A stretch of 64,000 nucleotides of DNA from Microbotryum violaceum (GCA_001244265.2 CDLV01000006.1:186001-250000); one strand, 5' to 3'; shown: positions 28,424-43,253, counted from the stretch's first letter. Notes: generated by a model not told the origin, from the sequence alone. Translations and numbers: made by a program.

Positions 28424-29364
28424 ATGAGATTGGTGGTGATGGCTGCCCGTGTACTTGCACTGCTGCTCGCGGTCCTAGCGCCATCCGTTCAAGCGAGCGA
28501 TCCCAGTCCGAGTTCGAGTCCGACCACTCGCACGTCGCCGGAGGGTTTGCACATGACCGTCATCCGTGAGACAATATTCGTACCTCGCGAGACGCAGCCT
28601 ATGGCCGTACAGCCACCATCGAGTTCGCTGGTTCAGGCTTCAGGTCGAGCCGCAGAGCCACCGGCCAACATCCTCACCACCGTCACTAAGCTCCAAGGTC
28701 AGTGCCGTCGCTCGGTGACCTCATCAGTCCCGAGGCTGGCTCTTCGGCTTCCGCTTGCATGATCGCACACTGGACTGAACCTTCTCAATCTCAACTCGTT
28801 CCGAATACAACTCTAGCACTCCGTCCTTTGGTCACCTACTTCGTTCACCATCCAAGTCGCCTCGTCGTTGTACTCGCTCCCAAGCTCGGTTGCGGGCTCT
28901 ACTTGGTTGCATCCCTCGTTCTACGTCTCATCCGATGGTTCATCCTCACCTTGATTTACATGCCCATCCGCATGGTCATCTCAATCGTCATCCAACCTTT
29001 TCTCCCCCTTTACCGGGCTGTCGTCTCCCTCGCCCCTGTGTGGACCATGCTGCTTGGCGCGCTCGTCAGCGGCATCGCTATCGGAGTCTTCACGGGCCTC
29101 TCGACAGCCGAGCCGACGCGAGAAACGATCGCGGTGGCGCAGGTTTTGGCGGCTCGCTTGGTCTCCCTCTCCACATCGTCTAACTCATCGGCGAGCGCGG
29201 AAAATTCGAGAGAAGCGTCGTGGGAAAAAACGCGGTCGTCCACTTTGTCCTCGAAGAAGCACGCGATGGGTGGGCTGAGGTTTAGGGACCCACCCGAACC
29301 CATCTCGGCTCCCGGATGGACCGAGCGTAAGCAGAGAGGAACTAGGTCGAATCTGGGAATGTAA
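28424..29364 (+). CDS. Hypothetical membrane protein with signal peptide
   Basis: Hydrophobic leader (ARVLALLLAVLAPSVQA), a probable intron after ~28697, then several hydrophobic helices in ORF 28702..29364. Confidence 0.5.
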
Positions 29365-29607
29365 GACGATGTGTCCCCATCTTGCACCGTTTATAGTACA
29401 GTTCGTTTCCTTCGGAATCGTTGTACATGATACTATACTATGTACGAATCGGTCAGTTGTCGAATCGCGTGCAGGTGGTGAAAAGTTGAGTCCGTGATAG
29501 GATGACCTTGTCTTTCATTACAAAACTTCTTTCTGTGGAGACGAATCCGCTCCAAAGATTATCGTTCGGCTTGCTGGGCATCAAGCGGGAACAAATAGCT
29601 CCGGGCC

Positions 29608-31535
29608 TCAGAGCGTGGTGTGCTTCTGCAAAAGCGACGAGACGATCTCGAACGCGACGAACTGCAGCGAAAGGGTATTCGATATTCAACATACAGTACT
29701 CGAACCAATATTCAAAACACATTGCCTAGACTCACTGTGGAAGCGGCGGCGGGTACACTGAGGGAAACGGCACAGGGGGGCGTGGGGCCTCAGCAATTCG
29801 CAAACAATACCCAGCCGCTTGCTCCCGGCCCGCCGAACGGATCACTTACGCTCGGATATCTACAAACGAATGGGCCGGCGCCCAAACCGAATAAATCAGC
29901 AAAGCCATACACTTGACAATTATCTCGGCGCCCAAAATTGTGAAGTGATCTTACACGTTGGTGTGATCCCCCTTACAAATGCGCTCGCGCCTTCTTCTCT
30001 GTAAATTTTGGCAAAGGTCACAGTGATATAGTTAATTCCTCGGGGAGGTTGATCTTGGAGCTGTATCCGGGATTTGACCACGTCTGAAAGGGTTTGGGTG
30101 CGAGAAATAAACAAGGAAGTGAACACATGAGCTAATGGAGTCGTTAGGGGAACCGGGACGAAACGGTAAGACTCACCGAGCGGATAGCTGTGGCGAGTCA
30201 AGGGTAGGCAAACGAGCACAGCCAGGCCAGAGACAAGCGCCATCAGTCAGCTTGTTCCAGTACTCGGACTTGCGGGTCAATAGGACATACCAAGCTGTCC
30301 AATACGCGATTCCGCCCACCGCGCCCGACGTCAGTGTTGCCCACACGGGCAGTTCGGTGGTGTGGAGTGAGGTTTGGAACGTTCGCTTCGAGTACTCGTA
30401 CCCTGTGGGCAAGCGCGAACGTTGAGCGCCATGCATGAGCTCTCTGTTGAGAAGTAAACCGATGGGGACAATCTTCTAGCTCACCGAGATAAAATCCTCC
30501 GTAGGCTGCGGAATGCACCGAGAGAAAGGTCAAGAGACATTTCTTTTCGCGTGAAAGTACGGAGTGGAACGGACCTGGGATCTCACGCAAGACGGTGATC
30601 TGAAGTCAAGAGAGGAGGCACATTATGGATCAGCGAAGGCTCCCCAGTACAGCAACGTAGACTTTTGACTGCCCACCCAGTATCCCCTCATGATGCCTCG
30701 CTTCCACCCCCATTTCTGGTGCATTTCGCCGACAATTTCCCGCAACCGTTTTGGATTCGGACCATACTGCGCTTGCATTCGAACCTGCAAAGTGAATGTG
30801 ATTCGACTCAATTGGAGAAAGACAGGAAAGCCTATCACTCGAGGAGCCCAGCGGCCACCTACCTTGAACATCTCGACCGGACTGGCGAGGACGGATTGAG
30901 CCGCTCCTGCCATGGCTCCAGCGACGGCAACTTGAGGGAGCGACAAATCCGGGTACGGCGAGACAAGCTTCCTCGCTTGTTGATTTGCGCCAAACAGAAG
31001 CGAATTGACACCTGCCACACCAATCAGCGGCGAGGCCATGCCCTTGTACCTGAATATAAGTGAGCCGAAATGGGGCATAAGTGGCAAGCTTCGGGATCAA
31101 AGAGCCGATGCTTCAGTCGGGTCGTAGATACGACTTTCGTTGACTTACAGGGCCAATATTCCCTCTTTCTTGATGGTCTGCACAGCGATATCAAGTGGCC
31201 CTTTGAAAGCCGCACGGGGCGCCGTCTGGGCCCGGGTTTTGATCGTGTCCTGGGAAGAAGTGGAGCGCCAGTCGAGCGAGCGTGAGCCAGGCACGTAACT
31301 TCGAGCTCGTAGACGTTGCCTGAAAGAGGACACGTCGATGCTCACAAGAGGCTGTCCGACCAAGACCTGAAAAAGGTGGGGACGAGGCAAGTCAGTGTGG
31401 GTGCCGTATTGGTGAGCTCTGTTCACCCTGACCTACTTGAGCCATTCCACCCGCGGAGCCTGCGATCAACGACGACAAGGTGGATGGCTGTCGGCTTAAG
31501 AGCTCATCCCTCGAAGTGGGAGACACCTCCGTCAT
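29608..31535 (-). CDS. Mitochondrial carrier family protein (carnitine/ornithine-carrier-like)
   Basis: Three Px[DE]xxK repeats across exons: GQPL|DTIKTRAQ, ASPVEMFK|VRMQ, YPL|DVVKSRIQ. Also YKGMASPLIGVAGVNSLLFG and a terminal VPAAAST|FVAFE. Confidence 0.88.
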
Positions 31536-31942
31536 ATCTCCACAATTGTCGGCAGCTGTGGGATTTCCAAAATGCACCAGAGGGAAACTAACCGCGCCGC
31601 TCGACTGAACGCGGCCCCTCCCGAGCTCCCGAGCCCTGCCGAGCCTGTTTCGGAGTTTGCAAAACAACTGGAGATTTTCGTGCACAAGATGCAAGCCCCA
31701 AAGTGCCCCCAGATTCGTTGCTGCGGCCGAAAAGTCCGTTAAGATGTTTTTCTTTTCTTGGCGTGTGTGTTTTCATTCGGTGTGTTTGAGTAGACTACTG
31801 CTGAATGTCTCCGAACAGGAAGCAGAATGAAAAGTGGGCGAGCATTGGCTGCAAATGGCACGGCAAGAATACAAATGAAGGTGAACAAGATGCAAGTGAT
31901 AAAAACAAGAGCAGACCTCGGGCTGCCTGCCCGCAGGCAAGT

Positions 31943-33595
31943 CTATGCGATCCAGTTCTTGAACGCATACCTGGTCAGAGAGCACGGGTCAAAACGCTCA
32001 GCTTGGGACTGCCACCAGTAAAGGTCTTCGCCAGCACTCACTTTTCGACAATCTTGGTCCTGTGGTCCTTGTCGTGACCGCGACCACCACGTCGACCACC
32101 TTTCTTGCTTTCGTTCGCTCGCTCGACTGGCACTTTGCCTCGCCTCATCCCGCTCGAGACCCACTCCTTCCAAAGATTGCCTTCCGGCGCGACGTTTCGC
32201 AGGTTGTCGGCAAGCTCGTCGCCGAGTTGGAATGTCACGGGCGCGTTCGGGACTCGAGACGGCCCCGATCGGAAACGAGTCAGTCCACCTTCGGATAATC
32301 TGGCTTTCCTGACCTTCATCGCCGCGGCCTTTTCGGCCAAAGAAAGCTGTCTCGACGCCTCGATCGCGGCATTGACGGACGGCGCATTGAGCACGGAGGC
32401 GATCCTGGCCTTGGATGCTCGCCGTTCGGCCAGTTTTTGCTGCTCGTCCCGAACCAAGAGCTTCCTGTTGCGCTGTTGTCGCGTTTTCCGCTTGGGAGGG
32501 TTCTTTTTGGAGGGGGCGTTGCCCACATCACCGGTCTTGGTGGCGTTGTGGCCCTCGTCCTGATCCTGATTCTCGTCCTCGCCCGACCCGACTTCATCCT
32601 CGAACAATTCCCACAAGTCTTTTTGCTGGTTCGAGACACGTACTCGGTCCATGGCCTCTTTGAAAGGTTGGCCGCGCCCTTCGCGCTCCTCGAGGGTGGT
32701 GTAGGTTTCGAGCGCGGACGAGAGGAGCGCTTGGTGCTGGTCGTGGGCGGGGTTGTAGGACGTTCCAGGATGGGGCGTAGGCACAGATCTAGGGCCATGT
32801 GAGTCGGCCACACCGAGCAATGCATGTGAACGTAATGATGATGGTGGCTGTCGATGCCGATGACGATGTTGAGAATGTGGCAACATGATCAAGGCCAGAA
32901 TCAATTGGTCTGGTCCGCAATTCTTGATCGAGACAAGAAGGGGGGTTGCTCACCTTGGGCTTGATCTGACCGAGATGCCCCCGCATGACTTGCTGCATCG
33001 ACATGTCGATATCCATATCGTCTTGCTTGACGGATACGACACTGCCCCACGCATCGTAGTCTTTGCCGCCACCGATGATCAATCCGTTCTGACTCGCGGC
33101 AGGCCTCTCGTCGGTGGTCTTGACGGCCCACAGCCCCTGACCCTGTCCGTTGCGCCCGACGATGCGCTTGAGACGTTCTTTGGTCTCGCGATTGACCTTT
33201 GCGGCTTTACGTTGCTCCTTCTTGACGATAGCCGAGGTATGGGCCGGTACGGCGCGAGTCGAGATCGGTGGCACGGCGGACCGAGCAGTGAGGATCTGCT
33301 CCGACTTGAGCGGCTTCTTGAAAGAGGTGCCCTTGCGCATCTTGGCCGCGGCGGAGGCCTGGACGTGGTCACGCAGCAGAGCATGGCGCACCGAGCTGGA
33401 CCCGACGCTATCGACTTGGAACAGCGCATCGGCGTCGATGTCTGTTGCGGCAGCTCGAGATGCTCGACTCGCAGCGGCGGTCGAGGTGGTCGGTGCGCGT
33501 GCCGCTCGAGCCGATTCGGCCGAGGAGGGAGCGGCCTTCTTGGAATTGGCTCGTCCGGATCGTCGAGTGGTCATCGGGGGTGCGACTTTGGACAT
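31943..33595 (-). CDS. NOP53: 60S ribosome biogenesis protein Nop53/GLTSCR2
   Basis: LFQVDSVG, KPLKSEQIL..RSAVP, PHPGTSYNP..HQALL, LGDELADNLR..PEGNL, and terminal KIVEK|YAFK. Confidence 0.88.
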
Positions 33596-33983
33596 GGCCG
33601 CGAGTCGTCTCGAGTGGGTAGAGGAGGTTATAGAGGTTTGGCACGCGGTGAGGGTGCACGTGAGCAGAGGAGAAGCAACGCGCCCAGAGTCGGCTTCGCC
33701 TCAATCACCGCCTCAATCACTCGCATGAGTTCGCCTCAGTCGGCTGCGAAGCAAGGCAGCGCACTGGCGCACTGGCGCACTGGCGCCACTGGCAGAGCAA
33801 GGCCTATTATGCCGCAGCAGCGCGAGAGGCGGTCGAGCTAATGGCGAATTACAAACGACCAAGCGCCTCACTGTCCGATGATAATACAGCGCGCTCAGCT
33901 CGCGTTTACCCTCGTTTACCTCGTCTTGTCGCACCTCGCTTGTCGACGTCGCACGACTGCCCGCTGTTTGCCCCCTGCAACAG

Positions 33984-36900
33984 TTGCCCACCGTGCCACT
34001 CCCACCTCGCTTGACCGCCAGGACCCTGGCTAAAGCTCAAGCCAAAGCCAACAAGGGTGCCGCTGCTGCTGCATCGACCGACGAAGCCCACTCACCAGCG
34101 CTGCATTCGCACTCGCACTCGCACTCGCACTCGCATTCGGTCAGCTCGTGGATCGTCCAGCAGACCAACGCAGCGACGGAGCTTGACGCATCCGACGCAT
34201 CCGACGAGATGGACCGTGATTCCGGTACCCACTTCGCTTCGAGCCCTGACGGCAAAGCTGCAGAGGCAATCCGATTCGCTGTCACCAGCGGCTCCACCAC
34301 CGCGAGGACCGAGGCCCTCGAGCAGCTCGTACAGCTCGTCACTTCACGTGAGTACCTGCAGCGGGTACTTTCATAGACGTCGGAACGCGGAAACAGCGAT
34401 TTGTTGACTCGATGATCCGCTCCTCAGGTCCTCTTGATGAGGCTCAACTTCAAGATGTCGTGCGAATCCTTCTCCTCACTCTCGCCTACACCGACGGGCG
34501 AACACGCCACCTCGCACTGCAGGCTCTCGAGCATGTGCTTCTCCAGTCTCATGAACAGCAGAAATCGAGGCCATCGACTACCGCACATGGCCCGCCACTT
34601 GTAGCCGGTCTCTTACGCTGGCTCGAAATCGAGGCCAAACGCGCTGAGAAAGGGGGTGCCGCTTCGTCTCGCTTCGTGCCTCTTACATGGGCCTGCATCG
34701 TGTATTCGACCTGGCCCGTCGGAGGGCAACGAGCCCAAAACGGTGAATGGTCCAATCTCGTTAACTCGCTCGCCGCCTTGGTCTACTGTTTCCTCGACGC
34801 TCGTCATGACGTCAAGCCTTCGCTGCGCAAAGCCGTGCTCACCGTGGCTCGCCGCGCCGTGCGGTCGGCGCCCAACGTTGTGCCCTGTCTGGTGCAGCTG
34901 CTCACCTCAGCCACAAGCAGTGCGACCGCTTTACGGAATGCTCCGCTCCTGGGGCTCACCATGGATGTGGTGCTGCGGTTGAAGCCCAAGAAGGGTGTCG
35001 ACAGGTCCGCAATCATAAAACAGGTGCGGCCGGCCGTTCAAACCTTCTGGGCCCAACACGTTCTCGGGGCCAAGTCGCTTCCGCCAGAGCACGTTATGCA
35101 TGCCTTTGACGATTTCCTCGCCGCGACAACCGGAGATGATGCTGCAGAATCGTCGTGGTTCGTCACGCTGGAATCATCACTGTCGCAAAACCCGGAGGTC
35201 GGCATCGCATCCGTGGAAGCGTTGCTCTCGAATCTACCCGAGTCGGTGCTTTCAGCGACGCATTTCCGCGGACGGTGTATCCCTCTGGTCTTGGCCTCGA
35301 CCAAGTCGGCCGCGGTGGCAACTCGAGAAGCCGCGACGCATGTAGGGTGTAAGCTCGTAGCAGGAATCGAATCGGCCTCCCCCAACGACGTCGGAAAGCT
35401 CCGTAAGTCCGTGCTCGACTCGACCTGTCAACTATTGAAATCGGGCAAGACGGCGTCTCCCGACCATCGCGCGGCTCTGTACATCATCTTGTCGTCAGTC
35501 CCACCGTCCGAGGTGACCTCGGTCGAAATACAAACGACCGCCCTCGCGGCGTTGTCCAAGGAGTCGCATGAGCCCGTTGTGAGGGCCTTGCTCCAGGCCG
35601 TCTCAATCCATGTGCCCTATCTATTGGCTCAAAACGTCGCGATCGGCGCATCACAGACCGGCTCCCTTGTCAAGGCGATGCAAGAGACGAAAGCGACGAC
35701 CCGCCGTGCAGCCCATGCTGCCGTCGGGGATGTATTCTGGGCTCTATCTCAATCCCTGACCGAAAGAACAGATGCAGCAGTCGCTTTCGCGACAGGGGTG
35801 CTTCCGGGAATAGAGTCGGCCCTCAAATTGCTGGGATCGAATCCTGTCAACGCTCCCTCAGGTCCGCTGGAAGGGTATGTTGCCGTTGCTGTGTTGAAGA
35901 CGCAGCTGCGGCTATGGGACGTGAAAAAGATTGGTAAGGATGAAAGCTGTTTTCGCTTGGCTCTGTAGGTTTGTGCTATGTTGACTGATGTTGCGATGCG
36001 CCACTCCACGCAGAGGACATGCTCAAGGCCAACGTCACCATGAAAGGCTTGCTCGTGGGTGGGGCGAAGCCGTCGTTTTTGCTCTGGGACAAGGTATACC
36101 GCAAAGCCACCACGGCCGAAGAGGAGCTTTGGCTCCTTCGGGCCATCGAATCTGTCATTATTGCAGACGCCACAACCGTGGAAAAGAATGATGCATTGCA
36201 GTCTTCTCTCTTCCAAGTCATTGCCCACCTCATTCTGCACAGCAGTTACTTTGAAACGCGGACAGCCGCGACACGAACTCTAGCTTCCCTGCAGCGTACC
36301 AACTCGAATTTGGTCCACTCGATCGTTGGAAAAGGTTTGCTCGATTGGATCACTCAGGTGAATATCTGGACTTGCAAGCGGAGTCAAGCCGTCGCTCATC
36401 GAGCTACCACGCTTTTCCCTGGCAGGATCCCTCCGCGGGAAAGACCAAGCCGACAAGCGAAGACGCGCCGACGCCTGTAGACCTTGCACCTCGCTTTCGA
36501 CCCATTCTCTTGGCGCTGGCCCAATTTGAAGACGAGGTCGAGCCCACGCAACGGGAGGAGCTATTGACTCGACTCGTCGTTCTCGCCCACCATCCCCGCA
36601 TCACTTCAGGGAGCTCTGCTGTTTGGGTCGACATGCTTTTGCGCGCAGGCTTGGCTCCCGAGAAGGTTGTTGAGAACCGTGTGGATGAACTGCTATCGCT
36701 GGTTCTCACGAACGCTCCTGCCGATGTCGAGGTTGGTCACCAAATTGCTCCCCCACTTGCCGTGGTGTCCCTTCTGACTTTCCGTTTGATACATCATTCG
36801 TAGGCTAAAACCCTTCCCGAAGCAGCGTACGCGGCAGCTTCGTCACTCGCGTTGATCAACCCCACCACCATCATACCCCGCTTGTTTGAGCAATTGGGTG

Positions 36901-39900
36901 AGGATCTCGATCCGAAACAACTCGACTTCATCGGCACCACGGAGTTTGGGATCTGGTCGACACCTGAAGGCACGACCTTTGTGGATGGTGAGTGATTAGG
37001 CCAAGCGGCGGGTCGTGTTGTCGATAACTGAATTACTCTCACTCTGCGCGCTCGCAACAGCGCTTGGGACGGCAAAGGCGAACGAAAAGGGCACAGCAGC
37101 CATCAAAAAGTCCAAGGATCGCGAGATTGAGCTCTGGGAGGCTGAGTTGCGCGTGGCGCTGGCCCGCAAGAAACCACAGGTCTCTACACTATCCAAGGCC
37201 GATCAAAGGATCTTCGAGCAGCAACTTGTTGTGGAGGCCGACACTCGAAGAAAAATGCGCTCCGCGTTGGGTCGAGTGCGTCGAGGATTCAAGCTTTCAA
37301 TCTGCCTCGTGCAATCGCGTGCAGAATTGGTCAACGAGTATCTCGCATCCATCATCAGCGAGGTCCTGTCCGTCATTGCATCCCCCGCGGCTAGCCTCGT
37401 CGCCGAAGATGCCTTCGACACATACCTTCTACTTGGTCGCGTCTGTTCGCCTCGGCTCGGCTCCTTTGAAGGAGCGCTAGGTGTCGCTGTGCTGCGGAGC
37501 TTGGACGCGCCTGTTGTACCCGAAAGCTTTCGCGCTGAGCCCCTGTCTGCGCTGGTGACGCGAGTACTGTACCGCATCCGCTTCCTCGCCGAAGAAACAC
37601 CGTTTGACTCCGCGACCTTTGCTTACGCCGCGCCCCTCGTCAACAGCGCAACACGCGCCGTCGATCCCAAATCAGCGTCGCTCGAGTCCGTGCTCGAGCA
37701 AATGACGCTTGCTTTGGACTTCCTAGCTTACCATGCTCGTGCTTGCGCCGGGACGGCCTTCCCCCGTCTTGCCGTCATCAATGATATCCTTTCCGTGTTG
37801 TCGTCCTTCCCTGCATTGGCCCGCACAGCGACCACCGCCTTGGTCGACGTTTGCGAGGCCATCAGGGACAATGCGAGTGCCTTAGAGATCGAGACCGTCC
37901 TGGCCGCGCTCAGGTCCGAGGAGACTTCGGTCAGATTCGCGTGTTTGCAGGCGATTCAACCGCTCGACTTGACCGACCTGGTCTTTCCGGCCAACCTTTG
38001 GGTCGCATGCCACGACTCAGACCACCGAAATCGGCAATTAGCGGTCACGGCGTGGGACGACAACGCACTGGACGTCCCGGAATCGTTTCTGGAGATCCTC
38101 CTTCCTCTTTTGAGTCATCACGCCGCAACGATCCGAACTTCGACCGCCGAGGCCGTCGTCGCTGCTCTTGCCACCCACCCTACTCAGTTAGACGAGACAA
38201 TTGCACAGCTGGCAGCAGAGTATCGAGACAAGGCGAAAGAGATCGTACCGCAGTACGATCAGTTCGGCATGATCATCGAGGAGTCGCTGACAGCCGAAGA
38301 TCCGTGGAAAACGCGCGAGGCGTTGGGCACGACCTTGCGCTTGGCCGCGCCTTTGTTCGAGCCGAGACACGTTCAGAGCTTCTTCGACCTTCTCATTGAC
38401 GAAAGCGCCCTCGGCGATCGCAAACAAGCCGTCCGATCAGAAATGCTCGAGGCTGCGATGTCAGTCATCGACTTCCATGGCGCGGAAAACCTCCAAGCGT
38501 TGATTAACCGCTTCGAAGAGTTTTTGCGGCGCCCGAGCAAGGGGGACGAAACGCAGGACTACATCTTCGAGTCGCTTGTCATCCTGTTGGGCCGACTAGC
38601 GCGCCATCTTGACCCTGCGGATGAACGCGTCAAGACCGTCGTTGCTCGACTTGTGGATGCTTTAAAGACACCTTCCGAGGTTGTTCAAGCCGCAGTATGT
38701 GACTGCTTGTCTCCCTTGGCTCGAGTCGTCTCGGATGATGTTCCTGCACTCGTTGATCAGTTGTTGGACGAACTTTTCCACGCGGAAAAGTACGCCGAGC
38801 GACGTGGTGCAGCCTTTGGGTTAGCCGGATTCGTTCGAGGGCGAGGTGTCTCCACGCTGAGGGAGTTCAGCATTCTGGGCCAACTGCGAGATAATGCGGA
38901 GGACAAGAAGTCGATGCCAGCGCGACAAGGTGCCGTCTTCGCCTACGAGATCCTGTCCACCGTCTTGGGCCGGCTGTTCGAACCTTACGTGACCGACATC
39001 TTGCCGACGCTCCTCGCTTGCTTCGGTGACACCTCTAGGGAGGTGCGGGACGCGACTCAAGATGCGGCGAAAGCGATTATGAGTCAACTCAGTGGTCACG
39101 CCGTCAAGTTGATGTTGCCGACTCTGCTCGAAGGGCTGGACGAGAAGCAGTGGAGAGCCAAGAAGGGCGCGATCGATATGATGGGCAACATGGCATTCCT
39201 GGCCCCTCGTCAGCTGTCGCTCTCGTTGCCAACAATCTTGCCCCGCCTTACGGAGGTCCTGATGGACACGCACAAGCAAGTGCGCGAGGCGGCCAACTCG
39301 AGTTTGATGCGTTTCGGCGAGGTAAATACTTCCTCAGTGGCGTCCGGGTCAATCATATTGGTGCTATCATGTGGACGCTGACTTCTTTGTGTTTGCGCAG
39401 GTCGTTACCAACCCCGAAATCCAAGTCATGACAAGCACTCTGCTGGATGCTCTCGTTGATCCAGCCAAAAAGACAGCAAAGGCACTGGATGCGCTTTTAT
39501 CTACGACTTTTGCTCATTTCATCGATTCCTCCTCTCTTGCCTTGGTGCGTACAGACACGTCACCAATCGCTACATTGCAAGACTGACCCCTGCTTGCCTT
39601 TCACCTGGATAGGTCGTGCCAATCCTCGAACGTGGATTACGCGAGCGAAGCGCCGATATCAAGCGCAAGGCCTCGGCCATCGTTGGCAACATGGCCACAA
39701 TCACTGAGTCCCAAGATCTTATTCCTCACTTGCAGCAACTCGTCCCCCTACTGCGAGGCGTGTTGATCGATCCTGTCCCCGAAGCTCGCTCCACGGCGGC
39801 CAAATCAATGGGTGCACTCGTCGAACGACTAGGCGAGAATAACTTCCCCGACCTCGTCGAGAGCCTCATGGCTGTCCTCAAATCACCTTCGAGTGGTGTC

Positions 39901-42900
39901 GATCAACAAGGCGCGGCGCAAGGGCTCGCAGAAGTCTTGCAAGCGTGCGGTATCGACCGTCTCGAAGGAGTGCTGCCGACAATCTTGAGCAACACGAGCA
40001 ACCCGCGCGTTTACGTGCGTGAGGGTCACATCTCGTTGCTAGTCTTCTTGCCCGCGACGTTCGGCGAGCGTTTCTCGCCTTATCTCGGTCGTATCATCCA
40101 ACCCGTGCTCAACGGTCTTGCCGACGATTCGGACTATGTTCGCGATGCCTCAATGCGCGCTGGCCGTATGATTGTCGCCAATCATAGCACAAAAGCGATC
40201 GATTTGCTGCTTCCCGAGCTCGAGAGTGGTTTGTTCGACCCCAGTTGGCGGATTCGTCAGAGGTCAGTCGCACCGAGATCGATCGGTGTTCATCTGTGAT
40301 GTGCGTGACTGACTTGAGTCCTTTACTTGCCTTCTTACAGTTCGGTCCAGCTTGTGGGAGAGCTTCTCTTCCGAGTTTCTGGTGTCTCTGGTAAAGTGGA
40401 CGGCGACGAAGACGCCGAGGACGATGTCGACGAGCCGAGTATCGGGTCGGACGCAGCCCGCAAAGCTCTTCTTGAGACCCTTGGCCGCGAGAAGCGCGAT
40501 TGCGTTCTGTCTGGCCTCTATATTGTGCGCCAAGATTCGGTCGGCGTGGTGCGCCAAGCGGCGTTGCACGTTTGGAAGGCTCTGGTATCTAATACGCCTC
40601 GCATGGTTCGCGAGATCCTCTCGGTGCTCAGTAAGTCGTGGACGTCGGCATCTCTCACGATCTGGTCGATCTTCTGACGTTTCTGTTGCCCCACTTACCT
40701 TGCCAGTGCAAATCATCGTCCGAATTCTGGCAGCCCCAGGAGCAGAGCAGCGAGCGGTGAGTTTGTTTGGATATATTTTGTTGTGGACATGAGCTGATGG
40801 GTAATCTTTCCTGCAGACTGCTGCTACGACACTTGCCGAGACGTGCCGCAAACTGGGCGAGGCGGTTATTGGCGAGGTTATTGGCATTCTTCGTAAAGCC
40901 ATGTCTTCCTCCGATCGGCGCCAACGAGAAGGCGTCTGCTTGGCGCTTACAGAGTTGATGGCTAATACCAACCGATCCTCGCTCGAAGCGCACGAGAGCG
41001 CCATCATCGAAGCTGTGCGCAATGCGCTCGTCGATCCCGAGCCAAGCGTGCGTACTGCCGCGGCAAGGGCATTCGACGTGGCCCAGCAAGTTATTGGCAC
41101 ACGGTCAATCGACGAAACAATCCCGACGCTGCTTGACGCTCTGCAGCAGCCGGGCGAGACTGCGGATGCTGCCCTCGCCGCCCTCCAAGAGGTGAGTAAT
41201 ATTCTGATGCAGGCGCATAGCTGCGGCACAGTCCTCGTAATGAGTACCAACACCAACTTCATCGATCCTAGGTCATGCAAGTGCGAGCGGAGAAGATCTT
41301 CCCAGTCCTGATCCCTCGCCTCATCGCGCCCCCAATCACCGCGTTCAATGCTCGAGCTCTCGCGGCCCTGGTTCGCGTCGCTGGTAGCGCGGTCGGTCGT
41401 CGACTTACGCAAATTATTGATGCCCTTCAGCATGCTCAAAGCGTTGAGTCCGATAGTTCGACCGCAGGAGACTTGGACGATGCCCTGTCGGCCGTTCTTG
41501 GGTCGGTTGAGGATCACGACTCGGGCCTCGGAAGTCTTCTGATGCATATGCTGTCACTCGCCAAAGCCGAAGCTCCGGCGAAACGAGTCGTTGGCTGCAA
41601 TCTCTTTGCGCGCTTTTGCTCGGTCACGCAGGCCGACTTTGATGAGTGAGTGGCCTTGAAGTTGCTGTAAAGAAGAGGATGACTGACGCCACGCTTGCTC
41701 GCACTGCCAACAGCTTTAAGGTCGATTGGATTCGTCAGCTCGTGTCGCTCTTGGACGATCGATCCCCTGAGGTAATTGATGCGGCTTGGGAAGCACTTGA
41801 TGCGCTTGTCAAGACGGTCGAGAAGGATGACATGGAAGGCTTCGTCGTTCCGTTGCGCCGGACGATCGAATCGGTCGGTACGCCCGGTGTCGCAGTCGTT
41901 GGTTTCTCGAGGCCCAACGGCCTCAAACCCCTGCTGCGTCAGTTTTCCGGCTTGTAGCCGAATCAATAGCAAGCTATGTGGCTGACGGGTACTGCTGGTC
42001 TGCTCATTGTACAGCCATTCTTCTGCAAGGCCTCTTGGCAGGGACGGGCGAGCAAAGGGAATATTCGGCTTACGCTCTGGGTGACCTCGTCGAGCGTACT
42101 GACCCCGCTGCTTTCAAGCCTTACACGATTCGTGAGTTTCAGATTCGACTTGCAGAAGCGAAAAGACCGCCCTTGCCTAACGATTCCCCGACCCCGTAAT
42201 GCCCTTCCCCGATACACAGAGGTGGTCGGCCCGCTTATTCGAGTAATCGGCGACCGCTTCCCGCCGCCAGTCAAATCGGCCATTCTCTCTACTCTGACTG
42301 TCCTTCTCAACCGGGTTCAGCAGTTTGTGAAGCCCTTCTTCCCACAATTACAGCGAACGTTCATCAAATCCCTCACGGACGCAAGCAGTCTCTCGGTCCG
42401 AAATCGGGGCGTCACCGCTCTGGGCGTCTTGATGCAACATCAACCTCGTGTCGATGCGGTTGTGACCGATCTGGTCAACTTGGCAATGACAGAGAGTGGC
42501 GAGCTCCGAGATTCGGTCGTCAACGGTTTGGCCGCTGTCGTTGTCTCGGGTGGCAAGAATTTGACTTCGGGACCCCAGGCGGCTTGTGTGGATTTGGTTT
42601 CGGAAGCGTTCTCGGAGCACGGACGAGGTGAGTGTTTTCTTGGGTGTTCACATCTTGCTCTGATCGAGTATCTGACACCAGAGGCGTTATCCCCTCCTCC
42701 TTTTAGAGCCTTACAATCTTGCCATCTCGCGCCTGCTCGCCGGCCTTGCAACCCACGACCCTAGCTCGATTTCGTTCCTCGTCCAGTCCTTCCTGCTGGG
42801 AGAGCTTCCTTCGACTGCGCTTTCTTCGATCGCAATGCGTGAACTGATCGACACCGCCCCGCGAGTCTTGTATGAAGTTGATCCCTCGGGGACGGTGGAG

Positions 42901-43026
42901 AAGGTGCAAAAGAACGCGGGTTCGGGCATGGCGCCTACGATTGCGCGACCAGCCCGGGATACGTTGGCGTTGTTCAAAGAGCGCAGTCCGTGGTGTGATG
43001 ACGAGTCGTTGTTGGCTAGTTTGTAG
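33984..43026 (+). CDS. GCN1: Translational activator Gcn1 (HEAT repeats); start codon uncertain (first in-frame ATG 34209)
   Basis: Large multi-exon HEAT protein: ERRGAAFGLAG, LGRLFEPYV, WRAKKGAIDMMGNMAFLAPRQLSLSLPTILP, ERSADIKRKASAIVGNM, VVGPLIRVIGDRF, KPFFPQLQRTF. Confidence 0.93.
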
Positions 43027-43253
43027 GAACAGAAAAGGGCGAGACGATGTCGTAGGATCTTCATGTTGAGGCTTCTCTGTCGTCTGATGAAGCAATCCAA
43101 AAAGAAAGAATGGCCTCGTTCCTGATCTCTCTTCCCTTTCTAGTAATGCGAGTCCCCCCAACAAAAGATTAAAAAGGCTCGGAGATCGTGATCGTGGCAA
43201 TCTAAGACGTGTTCGTCAAAGTCAAGGAATGTTTCCAGCCTCATGACTGTTGT

